Assembly: GCF_006345805.1 (NCBI RefSeq)
Contig: NC_042998.1
Coordinates: forward strand, 172,918,001 to 172,982,000
Reading direction: 5' to 3'
Origin: Octopus sinensis
Lineage: Eukaryota
Length of the DNA stretch: 64,000 nt
How positions within the stretch are numbered: the first letter of the stretch is position 1; each line of letters begins with the position of its first letter. Position numbers and translations under genes: made by a program. Shown piece after piece: positions 13,562-25,859 of the stretch. The notes under the pieces are model-generated. The model worked only from the letters and a program-made list of their open reading frames with translations. It had not been told where the DNA came from and did no database searches.

Positions 13562-13857
13562 GTCGAGATAAACAGCACATGACCTTGCAGGTGAGGCCCA
13601 GTTAGAATTTCCTTCTGGTCGAGTATCCCATCCCGCACAAAAGGTACCTGAATAAAGGTTGTCTAAGGATGTTGAACGAAACACCCATGTTTCCAAAGGT
13701 GAATTATTCAAACCCCCAAAGAATCTCTCTCAACTCATGGCTATGATGCTCTCCCACTACTTCTGCTCGTGATCAGAGATGCACATATCGCATACTGGAT
13801 ATACAGGGCTTCGTATATTTTACCCCAGTGTCACTTTGATGCACTGCTTTCTCACTC
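13562..13857. mobile_element. 5'-inverted copy of the (AAT)n-tailed 540-bp retroposon
   Basis: 13562-13790 is antisense to 14168-14392. 13797-13857 is the sense 3' end, ending CTCACTC-AAT. Confidence 0.8.
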
Positions 13858-13908
13858 AATAATAACATGAAGAATATTTGTGAAGAGTTACGTCAAACCT
13901 TTTTTAAA

Positions 13909-13974
<66 letters not shown>

Positions 13975-13987
13975 TAATAATGATAAG

Positions 13988-14520
13988 TGATGCAGTACCA
14001 GGCAGTGGCTCTCGTGGCTTCTGATCTTAACTGATTGGAAGTGATATCATGTACATTGTTTTGTCTTGGTATAGAAGATGGACTACAGCAAATATTCTGT
14101 TGAATACCAAAGATTTGCTTGTCAGTTGTTTGGCCTTAAGCAGTTGAACGTGTTCCTTAGTGGATGACGATATGTGCATATCTGATCATGAGCAGAAGTA
14201 GTGGGAGAGCATCATAGCCATGTGTTGAGAGGGATTCTTTGGGGTTTGAATAATTCAACTCTGGAAACATGGGTGTTTCGTTCAACATCCTTAAACAATC
14301 TTTATTCAGGGACCTTTTGAGCGGGATGGGTTATTCGACCAGAAGTAAAATTGTAACCGGGCCACACCTGCAAGGTCATGTGCTGTTTATCTTGGTATGA
14401 GATCACCATGTCACACACATATGGTTATGGTACATGTGCCTAGTGTACCCTTATCGGGTAGTCATGATTGGTATATTTTACTCCAGTGTCACTTTGATGG
14501 CATGCGCTATTCTCTCACTC
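13988..14520 (+). mobile_element. ~540-bp non-coding retroposon flanked by (AAT)n
   Basis: Same start (TGATGCAGTACCAGGCAG) and end (CTCTCACTC-(AAT)n) as the copy at 32070-32616. Confidence 0.85.
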
Positions 14521-14527
14521 AATAATG

Positions 14528-14579
<52 letters not shown>

Positions 14580-14626
14580 TAATAATAATAATAATAATGA
14601 TAATAATAATAATAATAATAATAATG

Positions 14627-14692
<66 letters not shown>

Positions 14693-14700
14693 TAAAATAA

Positions 14701-17087
14701 TCGGATCCCTAACTTCTGGCTGAATTGTTTGACAGAGGTACACGAACATCTCGCTGCATCTCTGTCTGATGTCATTCAGAACCCAGAGAAAATACTGCTT
14801 GGCTGACTGAAGGAACCACCTACCTATTACCTAAAACCGAAGACACAAAAAAACCCAAAGAATTACCGGCCAATAACATGTCTCAACACCACCTACAAAA
14901 TCCTCACATCCATAATAACGGAGAGAATGTACGCTTTCCTTGAACAAAATTCTATCCTTCCACAAGCTCAAAAAGGTTGTAAAAAAACTCTTATGGGTGC
15001 AAAGACCAATTGCTCATAAACAGAATGATGTGTAGAGAATTGCCGGAGCAAAAACAAAAACCTGAGTATCGCATGGATAGACTACAGGAAAGCGTATGAC
15101 AGTGTCCCACATAAATGGATACTCAAGGCCCTTGAGATACAAGATCTCCCCTGTCGTCTCAAAATGCTTAGAGAATAGCATGACCATGTGGAACACACGT
15201 CTCTTTCTAAGCCATAGTAATGGGATGAGCCAGTCCAACAGCATCAACATCAAACGAGGCATCTTTCAAGGTGACTCCCTCTCTCCATTACTTTTTTGCA
15301 TGGCACTGATCCCACTCTCAAACGAATTGGATAGTGCCAGATATGGGTACAAAGTTTTTAGCAAGTTAATAAACCACCTTTTTTATATGGACGATCTAAA
15401 GCTGTTTGCCAAGAATGACCAAGAGCTAGAAGGGCTGCTAACAACTGTTAAAGAGTTTAGCAACGATATCGGAATGGATTTTGGCCTTGATAAGTGTGCT
15501 AAAGCAACTTTTGTAAGAGGCAAGCTCAGGCAAACAGCTTCTGTTAAATTAGATATTGACACTACCATCAAGGAACTTGACCCACAAGAAAGTTACAAAT
15601 ACCTAGGAATCAACGAAGGAGATGGTATACATCATGCTACTATAAAGGAAAAAATAAGAAAGGAGAGTACTATAGGAGAATAAGGCTTGTACTGAAGACT
15701 GAACTCAACTCCAAAAATTGCATTGAGGCCATTAACACCTGGCACTTCCAGTAGTCCAGTACAGTTTTAACATCATTAACTGGAACCTTACGGAACTCCA
15801 ACGCTTGGACAGGAAGACAAGAAAGTTACTGACATCCAGGAGCATGCACCACCCTAAGGCAGATGTAGACCGCTTGTACCTACCTAGAAGCAGCGGGGGG
15901 AGAGGAATGATGCAATTGGAGCTGTGCTATAAGACCTCTACTGTAGGAATGAAACAGGTACCTATCTAGTGCAAAAGACTGGATGCTGCGACTTGTGTGT
16001 GAACACGAAAGCAGCAAAAAGCTGCATTCTATTGTCAAGGAAGCTTATAAGTTCGAAAGGGAACTAGGCATTAACCTTGAATCAGGTGAAGAGCCAGAAA
16101 CCACTGCTACCAAGCAAGCAAAGCGAATCAGGCAGACTGCAAAAAAGAATGGCAGAATCAAATTGAGAGGCGGTGGAGCCAGAAGCCCCTGCATGGACAA
16201 TACATTCTCCGAAGCCAAAATGCTGATGTAGACCAAGCAACAACCCATCAGTGGCTGAAGAGTTCTGGATTGAAAGCAGAGACTGAAGGCTTCATAATGG
16301 CAGCACAAGATCAAAGCTTGTTTACCAGAAATTACCAGGCTAACGTTCTCCGAACGGTACTGACCCTAAATGCAGATTCTGTGACACATTTGACGAAACA
16401 ATAGACCATCTCGTTTCGGGATGTCCTGTGCTGATACCAAACGAATACAAAAATCGCCACGATAGGGTACGACAGTATATACATTGGAAGATATGTAAAC
16501 ACTACAAATCCGACACTCCTGCTAACTGGTATGAACACCATCCTCAGCCAGTTGTTGAAGGTAAAGATGTCACCATCCTCTGGGATTTTCCAGTCAACAC
16601 TGACAGAACGATCAAGGCTAATCGACCAGACATAATTGTTAAAGACAGGGAAGAAAATACCTGCAGACTAATAGAAGTAAGCGTCCCCACTGATAAAAAT
16701 GTATCTGTCAAGGAATTTGACAAACTTAGTAAATATAAGGACCTGGAAATCGAAATACAGAGGATGTGGAATCTTAAAACAAAAACTGTTCCTGTTATTG
16801 TAGGTGCCCTAGGTATGATAAAAAAGGGATGTCAGAAACACCTAGACAATATCCCTGGAAAACCATGTCTCAGGAGGAAATCCAAAAGATTGTGCTAACA
16901 AGTACTGCCCACATCCTTAGAAAAACCCTATCAATGTAAATGTTTGGTTTCGTATTACATGGAGATATTTCTCTACTTCCCCTCCCCAAGCTTTCAGCTA
17001 TATTTCAACAACTCTTAACCTTCACTTGCCCTAGGGCGCTGGGTGTGCCCCGGCAGGTGATTGCATCAAACATGCAGATTAAAAGTA
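14701..17087 (+). mobile_element. R4/Dong-like RLE LINE, 5'-truncated: RT, CCHC zinc knuckle and PD-(D/E)xK endonuclease, frameshifted
   Basis: ORF 15096-15683 has RGIFQGDSLSPLLF, HLFYMDDLKLF and YKYLG. CRFC...ETIDHLVSGC lies at ~16370. ORF 16428-16898 has RHDRV, ILWDF, RPDIIV and LIEVSVP...KLSKYKDL. Both ends sit in (AAT)n. Confidence 0.95.
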
Positions 17088-17254
17088 AATGACAATGATA
17101 ATAATAATAATGATAATGTGGCTGGACGTGACAAATATAATGCGGCTGGATGTGAAAAATATGCGGCTGAACGTGGTCTTCGCTGCTCTGACCTTTCAGC
17201 AGCTAAAGTCACAGAAATACTAATACAACCCAGAAGGACAACTGAAAAATAATT

Positions 17255-18400
17255 CTAAAAGACTGGAATATCTACAGTTTCCTGTGAGTATTTTGAATTT
17301 CTCTCAAAATATGTTAAGTAATTTAAACATCCACAGCTTTCGAACACATAAACAATCAGCTTAAAGCCTTTAATATCTACACCTTCTGTGAATACCTGTC
17401 ACTTCCTTTTCACCTTAGTATTCGAAAATGTAAACGTCCTCTTTATTCCAAGAACACTACAGTTTTCTCTGTTCAGACAGACAAAAGACCCTCTCCAGTA
17501 AATTTTAAAATCTTCATATCTACAATTTCCTGTGAAAAATTTTACCTTCCTTTTCTTTCCGTTCCTTTTTCTCTACATATTCTCTGAATATTTGAAAATC
17601 TAAACATCCTTTTTATTCCAAAAACCACGACAGTTTTCTCTGAACGAACATAAAAACGAACACCTCAAAAAATTTAGAAACTTTAATATCTGCAATTTTG
17701 TGTGAACATTTTGTCTTACCTTCTTCCATGACAAACAGAATATGTAAACATGCCTTTTATTGTAACAACGCATTAAATACGCGATAAAAAATTAACGAAG
17801 TAAGCACCTGCCAATATATACATACTGCACAACTACAAAAACTGTGAACCACAGCAAAACTTGAAAAAGAAATGAAAAACTCCAAAAGAAAAAGAAATTA
17901 AGAAATTCAAAAATCCAACAAGGTGAACATCTCTTCATCCTACTATTCCCAAAGACTGGAATATCTACACTTTCCTGTGAATATTTTAAATCTCCCTCAA
18001 AATAAAATAAATTAGGAAACTTACATACCTACAGTTTCTGAACACACAATCGATCAGCTGAAAAAAATCATTAATACCTACCTGAGTATTCGAAAATGTA
18101 AACATCATCCTCCTTTTTATTCTAAGAACACTATTTCTCTCAAACAAAAGACCATATTTAGTAAATCTTAAAACTTTACTACCTACAACTTGTTTTCTTT
18201 TCTTTTTTACTCTTCTTGAGTAATCGAAAATGTAAACATCCGTTTCATTGAAAAAGTCCTACTGTATTCTCCAACGGGACAGACAAACGAACATCTCAAG
18301 AAAACTTAAATACTTTAATATATTACCCAAATACGTAAACACACCTTTTATTGCAGCAACACGATTAAATTCAGAAATTAAAAAATTCAACGACGTGACT
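17255..18400. repeat. Diverged higher-order tandem repeat (~690-bp unit x ~1.7, built from ~150-170-bp subunits)
   Basis: AAGACTGGAATATCTACA..TTCCTGTGA occurs at ~17259 and ~17952. GAAAATGTAAACATCC..TATTC-like motifs occur at ~17424, 17594, 18092 and 18226. Confidence 0.75.
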
Positions 18401-18453
18401 ATCAATATATGCGCGTGTATATGTATATGTGTGTATATGTGTGTATATATATA

Positions 18454-18527
<74 letters not shown>

Positions 18528-18835
18528 GATATATATATATATGTATATAGATACATAGATATATCATTCATTTTTCTACCAGTAATTACAAATAGAATAG
18601 GTTGAATTGCTTCTTTTCAAGGCAGGGCACTCAGTGACCACTGGTAGTAGGAAATGCATTTTACCTCTGCTGACCCAAAGGGTGAGAAGATTCTTTTGTC
18701 CCTATTGCTGACCTCCCCACCATCTGCCGAATCAATTTATAGACCTGTAGATTATGATCTATTCACCAAACTCTTCCCCAACTATTTCCTCCAGCAATGG
18801 CAGTGGTGGTGATGATGATGATGATGATGATGATG

Positions 18836-18887
<52 letters not shown>

Positions 18888-18889
<2 letters not shown>

Positions 18890-20464
18890 GATAAAGCCAA
18901 ACTTATAAATATTTAGGAATTCATGAAATAGATATGATTCAACACACACAAATGAAAGTGAAAATATAGAAAGAATGCTATAGACGAGTTAGAACTATAC
19001 TAAAAACAGAGGTCAATCCTAAAAACAAGATAATAGGTATTAACACTTTAGGTGTCCCAGTTATAAGCTACAGCTACAATATCTTTAAATGAACTAATCA
19101 AAATATAAGGAAAACAAGAAAAATAATGACAGGATCTAGGATGCATCACCCAAAATTTAGCATAGAAAGGCTATATATATATATATATATAGAAAGGCTA
19201 TATATATGTAGAGGCTTTATACAGTTGGAAAACTATTATAAAATAACCACCATAGGACTGCAAGAATATCTACTTCAGAAGCAAGGAAAACTGATACAAA
19301 TAGTGGTAAAACAGGAGCAAAACAAAAAACTGTTCTCAGTATATAAAGGAGCTGACAAATTCAAACAAGAAATCATAGCACCTAACGAATATGAAGAAGA
19401 AGAAGAAGAAGAAGAGAAGAAGAAGAAGAAGAGAAGAAGAAGAAGAGAAGAAGAAGAAGAAGAAGAAGAAAGAAGAAGAAGAAGAGAAGAAGAAAGAAGA
19501 AGAAGAGAAGAAGAAGAAGAAGAAGAGAAGAAGAGAAGAAGAAGAAAAGCTATAAAACAAATAAAATCCAAACTAAAACTAGAACAGCAAAGAACCATGA
19601 TAAAACGATGGCAAGAAAAGCCCCTTCATGGCAAATAATGGACGAAACTAAACGCAAAAGAAATAGCCAAAGAAAAATACCAGCAATGCTTGAGAAGCTC
19701 AGGACTCAAAGCAGAGACAGGGGGATTTTTAATTGCAGCACAAGACCAAAGCCTCCCCACCAGAAATTACCAAAGACATAATGAAATGTAACATAACAAG
19801 TGACTGCAGAATATGTGGAGATGGACAAGAAACAATAAATCATATTATCTCTGGCTGCCCAGTCCTGGCTAAGAAGGAATATATTCACAGGCATGACAGA
19901 GTTGGAACCTACATACACTGGAAGCTATCCCAACATTATGGAATAACAACAGAAAAAAAATGGTATAGGCACACACCAGAAAAGGTCACATAAAACGAGA
20001 AAGCAACCATACTCTGGGATATGCCGATACACACAGATAGAGAAATTAAGGCCAACAGACCAGTTATAGTTGTCAGAGATCATGAAGAAAAAAAATGCTT
20101 TCTAATTGATGTATCAATACCGGCAGATGACAACGTGTCTCTAAAAGAAATGGAGAAACTTTCAAAATACAAAGATCTGGAAGTAGAGCTAACTCGAATG
20201 TGGAATCTAAAATCAGAAACAATTCCTCTCATAGTAGGCGCATTAGGTATGATAAAAAATATTCAGACAAATACATAACAAAAACACCAGGACTTACAAA
20301 TATATATAACACAGAAAATTGCACTACTGGGCACTGCATACATCCTACGCAAAACACTTTCCATACAATAACCATCAGAGCATCACAAAAATTACAGCAC
20401 ATACCCAAGGCACACAGAGCTGCGTTCGGTAGTGAAGTGAAAGCACGCTATAAAAATAAAACTA

Positions 20465-20468
<4 letters not shown>
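18888..20468 (+). mobile_element. R4/Dong-like RLE LINE, 5'-truncated (second subfamily), with an internal GAA-rich expansion
   Basis: YKYLG at the 5' end; MHHPK; CRICG..ETINHIISGC..RHDRV; KANRP..LIDVSIP..KLSKYKDLE. (AAT)n on both sides. Confidence 0.92.
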
Positions 20469-20540
<72 letters not shown>

Positions 20541-20744
20541 TACTGCAGCTGCTAATACTAAATACTACTAATACTACAATAAGACTACAGCTACTACTAT
20601 TATGATAGCACAGGAATCTGAGGCTCAACTACCATCCTTACCACTAACCCCACACCTGTTACTGTTGCTGTTGCTGCAACTACTGCTACTACTACACATA
20701 AAAACAATATCAGTGATATCAGTTATGATAATAATAATAATAAT

Positions 20745-21954
20745 GAAGAACGGGTGGAGCCTCCTCATGGGCTCATAATGATACATCTATTGGTGGTGTC
20801 ACAATAAAAATACTGGTAATTGCGCAACCTGAAAATCGCTACCCGATATGAGTGACAATGAAAAAACAAAATATTGTGAATAACGGTGGTAATGAAACTA
20901 ATGCCAGTGATGGTGACAGTGTTACACTCGGTAGACTCAGAGATTCTGATCTGGCCCCAGCCTGTCGATATCCAGAAAGAGACCACCACACACGGTGTAG
21001 ATGGAACAAGCAAATTTATGTTGTGGTCATGGAGTGTTACTACCTGAGCAACCCAGTAGATGAAAATGGTGCTCAAATTAGGGGTTACCAAGAACGTATT
21101 TATGATCATTGGAGAGAAAAGACATTGTCTCAACTCACGGAACACAGACTATGTGATGAAGCTAGAGCAATAACAAAAAAATTCTCGATTCCCAGTAGTG
21201 GAGCTCGAAGCTATCAAAAGACGATTCCTGGAAAATAGCAGCAGAGATAACAACGAAAATACAGTCTTCCTAATAAGAGAAATATCAGCAGGGGTGGTTT
21301 AATTGATGAGAGACATATAGATGATTAAAAGAAGACAATAAAACTAATGGCGACATGACAGATGAACAAAAGGCAATCTACGACAAAATAAGTGTAAGAC
21401 TACAGGAGAACGATAGCGACATTATTTGCAAACATAAAAAGGTTGATCGATAGAAATTGAACCAAGAAACGAAAAATGTGAATGAAATTCTGAAATACTT
21501 CAGAACAAACAACATCACAGAAAGAAATAATTTGATCAAGGCAGCAAATATTGTTGTAGCAGAAAAGGTGGGTGATGATGTAAAAAAAAAACAACAACAA
21601 AAAACAAAGAAACATAGTGGGAGTGACAAAATAAAAGATCGATAGTGGAAAAGAAGAATCTAGGCAGGGTTAGACATGCTCTCGAAGGAAATCTCTGTGT
21701 TAGACCGAAAAGAGAAAGGGGAGCTTAATAGCGAACAAAAGTACAAATCACTGAAGAGGAAGTATAATTTTGAAATAAACGACCTGGAAGTGGTAATGGA
21801 GGAACTGAAACAACGCCTCGTTGCAAAGAAAGCAAAGATTGTAAGATACGACCTCCGGAAGGTGCTCGAAAAGTAAGAGGTGTTTACTTTAGTTCACTGG
21901 TAGTGAACAGCTGATACTGTAGTACATCTCCAGCGTTAGAAGCTGTGCAAAGGC
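20745..21954 (+). mobile_element. R4/Dong-like element retaining both ends but with the RT/EN region deleted
   Basis: N-terminal ORF has VMECYYLS..RGYQER..LTEHRLCDEARAI. After IVRYD (~21850) it jumps to the terminal LRKVLEK* and a 3' UTR shared with 24760-24836, then an (AAT)n tail. Confidence 0.85.
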
Positions 21955-22019
<65 letters not shown>

Positions 22020-22044
22020 AAATAATAGTAATAACAATAATCGT

Positions 22045-22165
22045 TTCCATGCCTGGAATTTGAGGGGGGGGGAGTGTCAATCACATTGACACCAGTACTG
22101 GACTGGTACTTAATTTGTCGAGCCCGAAAGGATAAAAGGCAAAATCGACCTCGGCGGAATTTGTA
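22045..22165 (-). mobile_element. SINE family C fragment
   Basis: CTGGTACTTAATTTGTCGAGCCCGAAAGGATAAAAGGCAAAATCGACCTCGGCGGAATTTG is the reverse complement of the family C core. Confidence 0.7.
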
Positions 22166-22391
22166 CTCTTCTTTTAATTTTGACTCTATATCTTCTGGAG
22201 GAGTTGCCTCAGACTTTTATGTTAATCAAAATGAAGTAGATTGAAAAATTTATTTTTTGAACTAGTTGAAAACAGACAGATTACAATTCAGTAGATAACC
22301 ATGACGCTCTTCTTTTAATTTTAACTTTTTAATAATAATAATGATAATAACAATGATGATGAAGATGATAATGATGATGATGATGATGATG

Positions 22392-22446
<55 letters not shown>

Positions 22447-22454
22447 TAATAATA

Positions 22455-22538
<84 letters not shown>

Positions 22539-22544
22539 CTTTTC

Positions 22545-24836
22545 TGGAGAAAAAATATGAATGAAATTCTGGAATACATCAGAACAAAAAACAGCACATA
22601 AACAAAAAATTTGATCAAGTTAGCAAGTATTGTTGTAGCAGAAAATGTGGGCGTTGATGTCACGAAAAAGTAATATAATGGGAGTGACAAAAGAAAAGAT
22701 CCATGGTGGAAAGGGGTTAGATATGCTCTCGAAGGACATTTCTCTTTTAGACCGAAAAGAAAAGGGTGAACTTAAAAACGAACAAAAATACAGGGTACTG
22801 AAAAGGAACTATAATGTTTAAATAAAGGACCTGAAAGTGTTAATGGAGGAACTGAAACAATGCCTCGTTGCAAAGAAAGCAAATATGATAAGATACGACC
22901 AAAGAATAAAGGGTTACCAGCAGAACAGTTTATTTAGCGTAGATCAGAAGAGATTCTACAACGAAATAAATGGAGAGTGTACAGATGAGAAGTTGATACC
23001 AGATAATATTGAAAGTCAAAGGTTTTGGAGTGACAACTGGAGCAAAGACAAGGAGCACAAGAAGGATGCTGCTGAATGGTTACAAGAACTGAAACAAACA
23101 GCAGTCTGTCCTAAAGAAGCAGAACTAGTCATTTCAGTTAGAGAAGTGAAGGCAATCAGCAAAGAAATGGGCAACTGGAAGGTCCCGGGACCAGATGGAG
23201 TTCAAGGCTATGATTTGGTAAATGTTATGCACGAATAGCTGCACAACTCAATACCTTGTTAAATGCCGATCAAGTAACAGCAGAGTGGTTGACAATATGC
23301 TAGACAATTACAGGCCGATATCCTGCTTGCCACTTATGTGGAAATTATTGACTGGAATAGTTGCAGAGCCAATGTACGATCATCTTGAAAAATGGAATCC
23401 TGCCACATGAGCAGAATGGTTGCAAGTGTAAGTGCAGAGGAACCAAGAATCAACTCCTGGTAGACAAAACTGTACTTAGAGACTGCAAGAGGAGGAAAAG
23501 TAACTTAGCCATGTCAAGGATCGATTATCGTAGGGTGTAGGATATGATCCCACATCACATTTTGATAATGGAATGTATGAACCTATTTGGTATTCCATCG
23601 AATGTCGAGGAAAGCAAAAGCAGAGTATGTTTTTAAAAGCCGCCAAGAAAAAGTCAACCATTTGTTATTCATGGATAAACTCAAACTTCCCCTGGTGATA
23701 CGGTGTATACTTTCAGTGCTGATATCAGAATGGAGTTCCGACTAAAAAGGTGTGTGTGTTAGTCTTGAAGAGAGGCAAAATCAAATGTATGGACGGGCTA
23801 ACGATACCGTCGGGGGATGTTGTGCAGCAGATAGAAGTGATGGGCTATAAGTACTTGGGGATATTGGAAATGGATAAATTGATGGATAAATAAATGACAG
23901 AAAACTTTAAGGTGAAGTACTTGTGTAGATTGAGTGATTCTTAAGTCGAAATTAAACGGACGGAATAACATTGAAGCTATCAATACTTAGATGGTTTCAC
24001 TCCTTAGATATGGAGCAGGGGTAATCGCATGGACAGTAGACGAACTAAACAGCTTAGACAGAAAGACAAGAAAGTTGCCGATTAGATATGGGAGTAGACT
24101 GTATGTACCAAGAAAAAGAGGGGGAAGAGGACTGATTGGACGCGAACACAGCATTAGAGCAGAAGAAAACAACATAGCATGGTATGTAAAAATGCTACAG
24201 AACCACTATTATTGGAATTAAGAAGGTCAGGCTTGTGTATGATGGAAGATTGCAAAGATAAAGCACTGTACAAGGACTTGAGAATGAATGAAACTGAAAA
24301 TAGGTGGATAAAGAAAAGACTGCATAGATAATTTCATAGGGATGTTGAAAATAAGACAGACAGAGAAAAAAGATGGCTATGGATGATTAAAACTGATTTA
24401 AAACTGGAAACGGAGACTCTAAGCTGTTCTGTCCAAGATCAAGCACTAAGAACGAATTACATCACATACAGAATAGACAACACATCAGAAAATGATAAGT
24501 GCAGAACTTGTGGACAAAATGGTGAAACCGTATGACATATTACCATTGTACGTCACTAACCCAGAAGGAATATAAGAGACGTCATGATAATATAGCAAGG
24601 ATTGTCCATTGGACACTTTGCAACAAGTACTTGACAGCACTGAGTAAAAATCTTGAGAAATACATGGAATAAATAGGGGCTGTAATAAGGGTGCAGCGCT
24701 TGCAGAAAACAGTACTGCTTGTAACTGCTCGAATACTCCGGATGGTGCTTGAAAAATAATGGGTGTTACATTCGTTCACTGATAGTGAACAGCTTGCAGC
24801 GTTGTACATATCCAGTGTTAGAAGCTGTGCAAAGAC
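22545..24836 (+). mobile_element. R4/Dong-like LINE (same family as 20745), decayed RT and zinc knuckle
   Basis: [47 protein letters not shown] and CRTC. The 3' UTR matches 21877-21954. Confidence 0.9.
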
Positions 24837-24849
24837 AATAAAGTACAAG

Positions 24850-25335
24850 TGTAAATCAGAAGGAATTGTACGAACATAAACCAGAAGGGTTTATGTTCGT
24901 GCATAATGAGTGTCAGACCGTTTACATCCAGTGTGATTCACTGATCGATGCTCAGAAACTTGATATTGTTGTATGTGATAAGATGTTTAAGAGCATAGAT
25001 ATTGCCATACCTGAAACTGTAGAAGTGGCCGCTAAAAAACTGGAAAAGTTTGAGAAATACAAGCCACTAAAAGATGAGATTGCACGAATATGGGCAATGG
25101 AGAAAGTAACTGTAATCTCAGTAGCCGCAGGGACATTAGAAGCATTAACAACCAAGTTTGAGAGAGATTTTAAAGAAATTGGCATTTACATGAGGGTAGA
25201 ACATTTTGAGAGTGGTACTCGGATGTTAATTATCATGGAAGAAAACACTGTGAGACCCTTGGCAACTTTTTGTTGTTTGTTCTTACAGAATTAGCCGGAG
25301 CAAGTGAAATCGAGAACCCTGAGAAGGGAAATGAC
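24850..25335 (+). mobile_element. RLE endonuclease 3' fragment of a Dong-like LINE
   Basis: YEHKPE...KLDIVV..SIDIAIP..KFEKYKPLKDEIARIW. Confidence 0.8.
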
Positions 25336-25859
25336 AATAATAATAGCGCCTTAACCCCATATCCACCACCTTCCTAGGTACAAGTCTGGGTGCTGTAGCA
25401 AATGCCCCAATTACTGCAGGAACAATTAATAAAGTAACAGTCAAGCACTAGAGTCGATAGCATCGTCTAATCAATACCCTTAAATATGCAGGGCTTGCTA
25501 TCATTGTTTGGGCCCATGTCAGCTCGTATCGATCAGACAAATGATGAAATGCTTTTCACTCAAAACTTTCCAGCTGTTTTAAATTTCAAGAACTATGTGC
25601 CATTATATATATAAAGTCTGTAGGATTTGAGTTGATTTGTTATTTCTAGCTAGTCGAGTATCGACGTAGCGGTTTCTCGGCTGGTTCAAGAAAAGATCAA
25701 AGGCAAATTGCATATGATGTCACCTTGTGTCAATTAATATCTTCTGCAAATTTCAAACGATGATATAAAAATGCCGAATATGTTAAATATATTGATTATC
25801 TCAATTGTACACGGTTGGAGCACATTTAAGAGTAGACAGACAGAAAAAACAGACAGCTT

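Noticed and set aside
17255-18400. CRISPR-like array
   Set aside because: Eukaryotic context; the repeats are degenerate, the intervening sequences are homologous to each other, and there are no cas genes.
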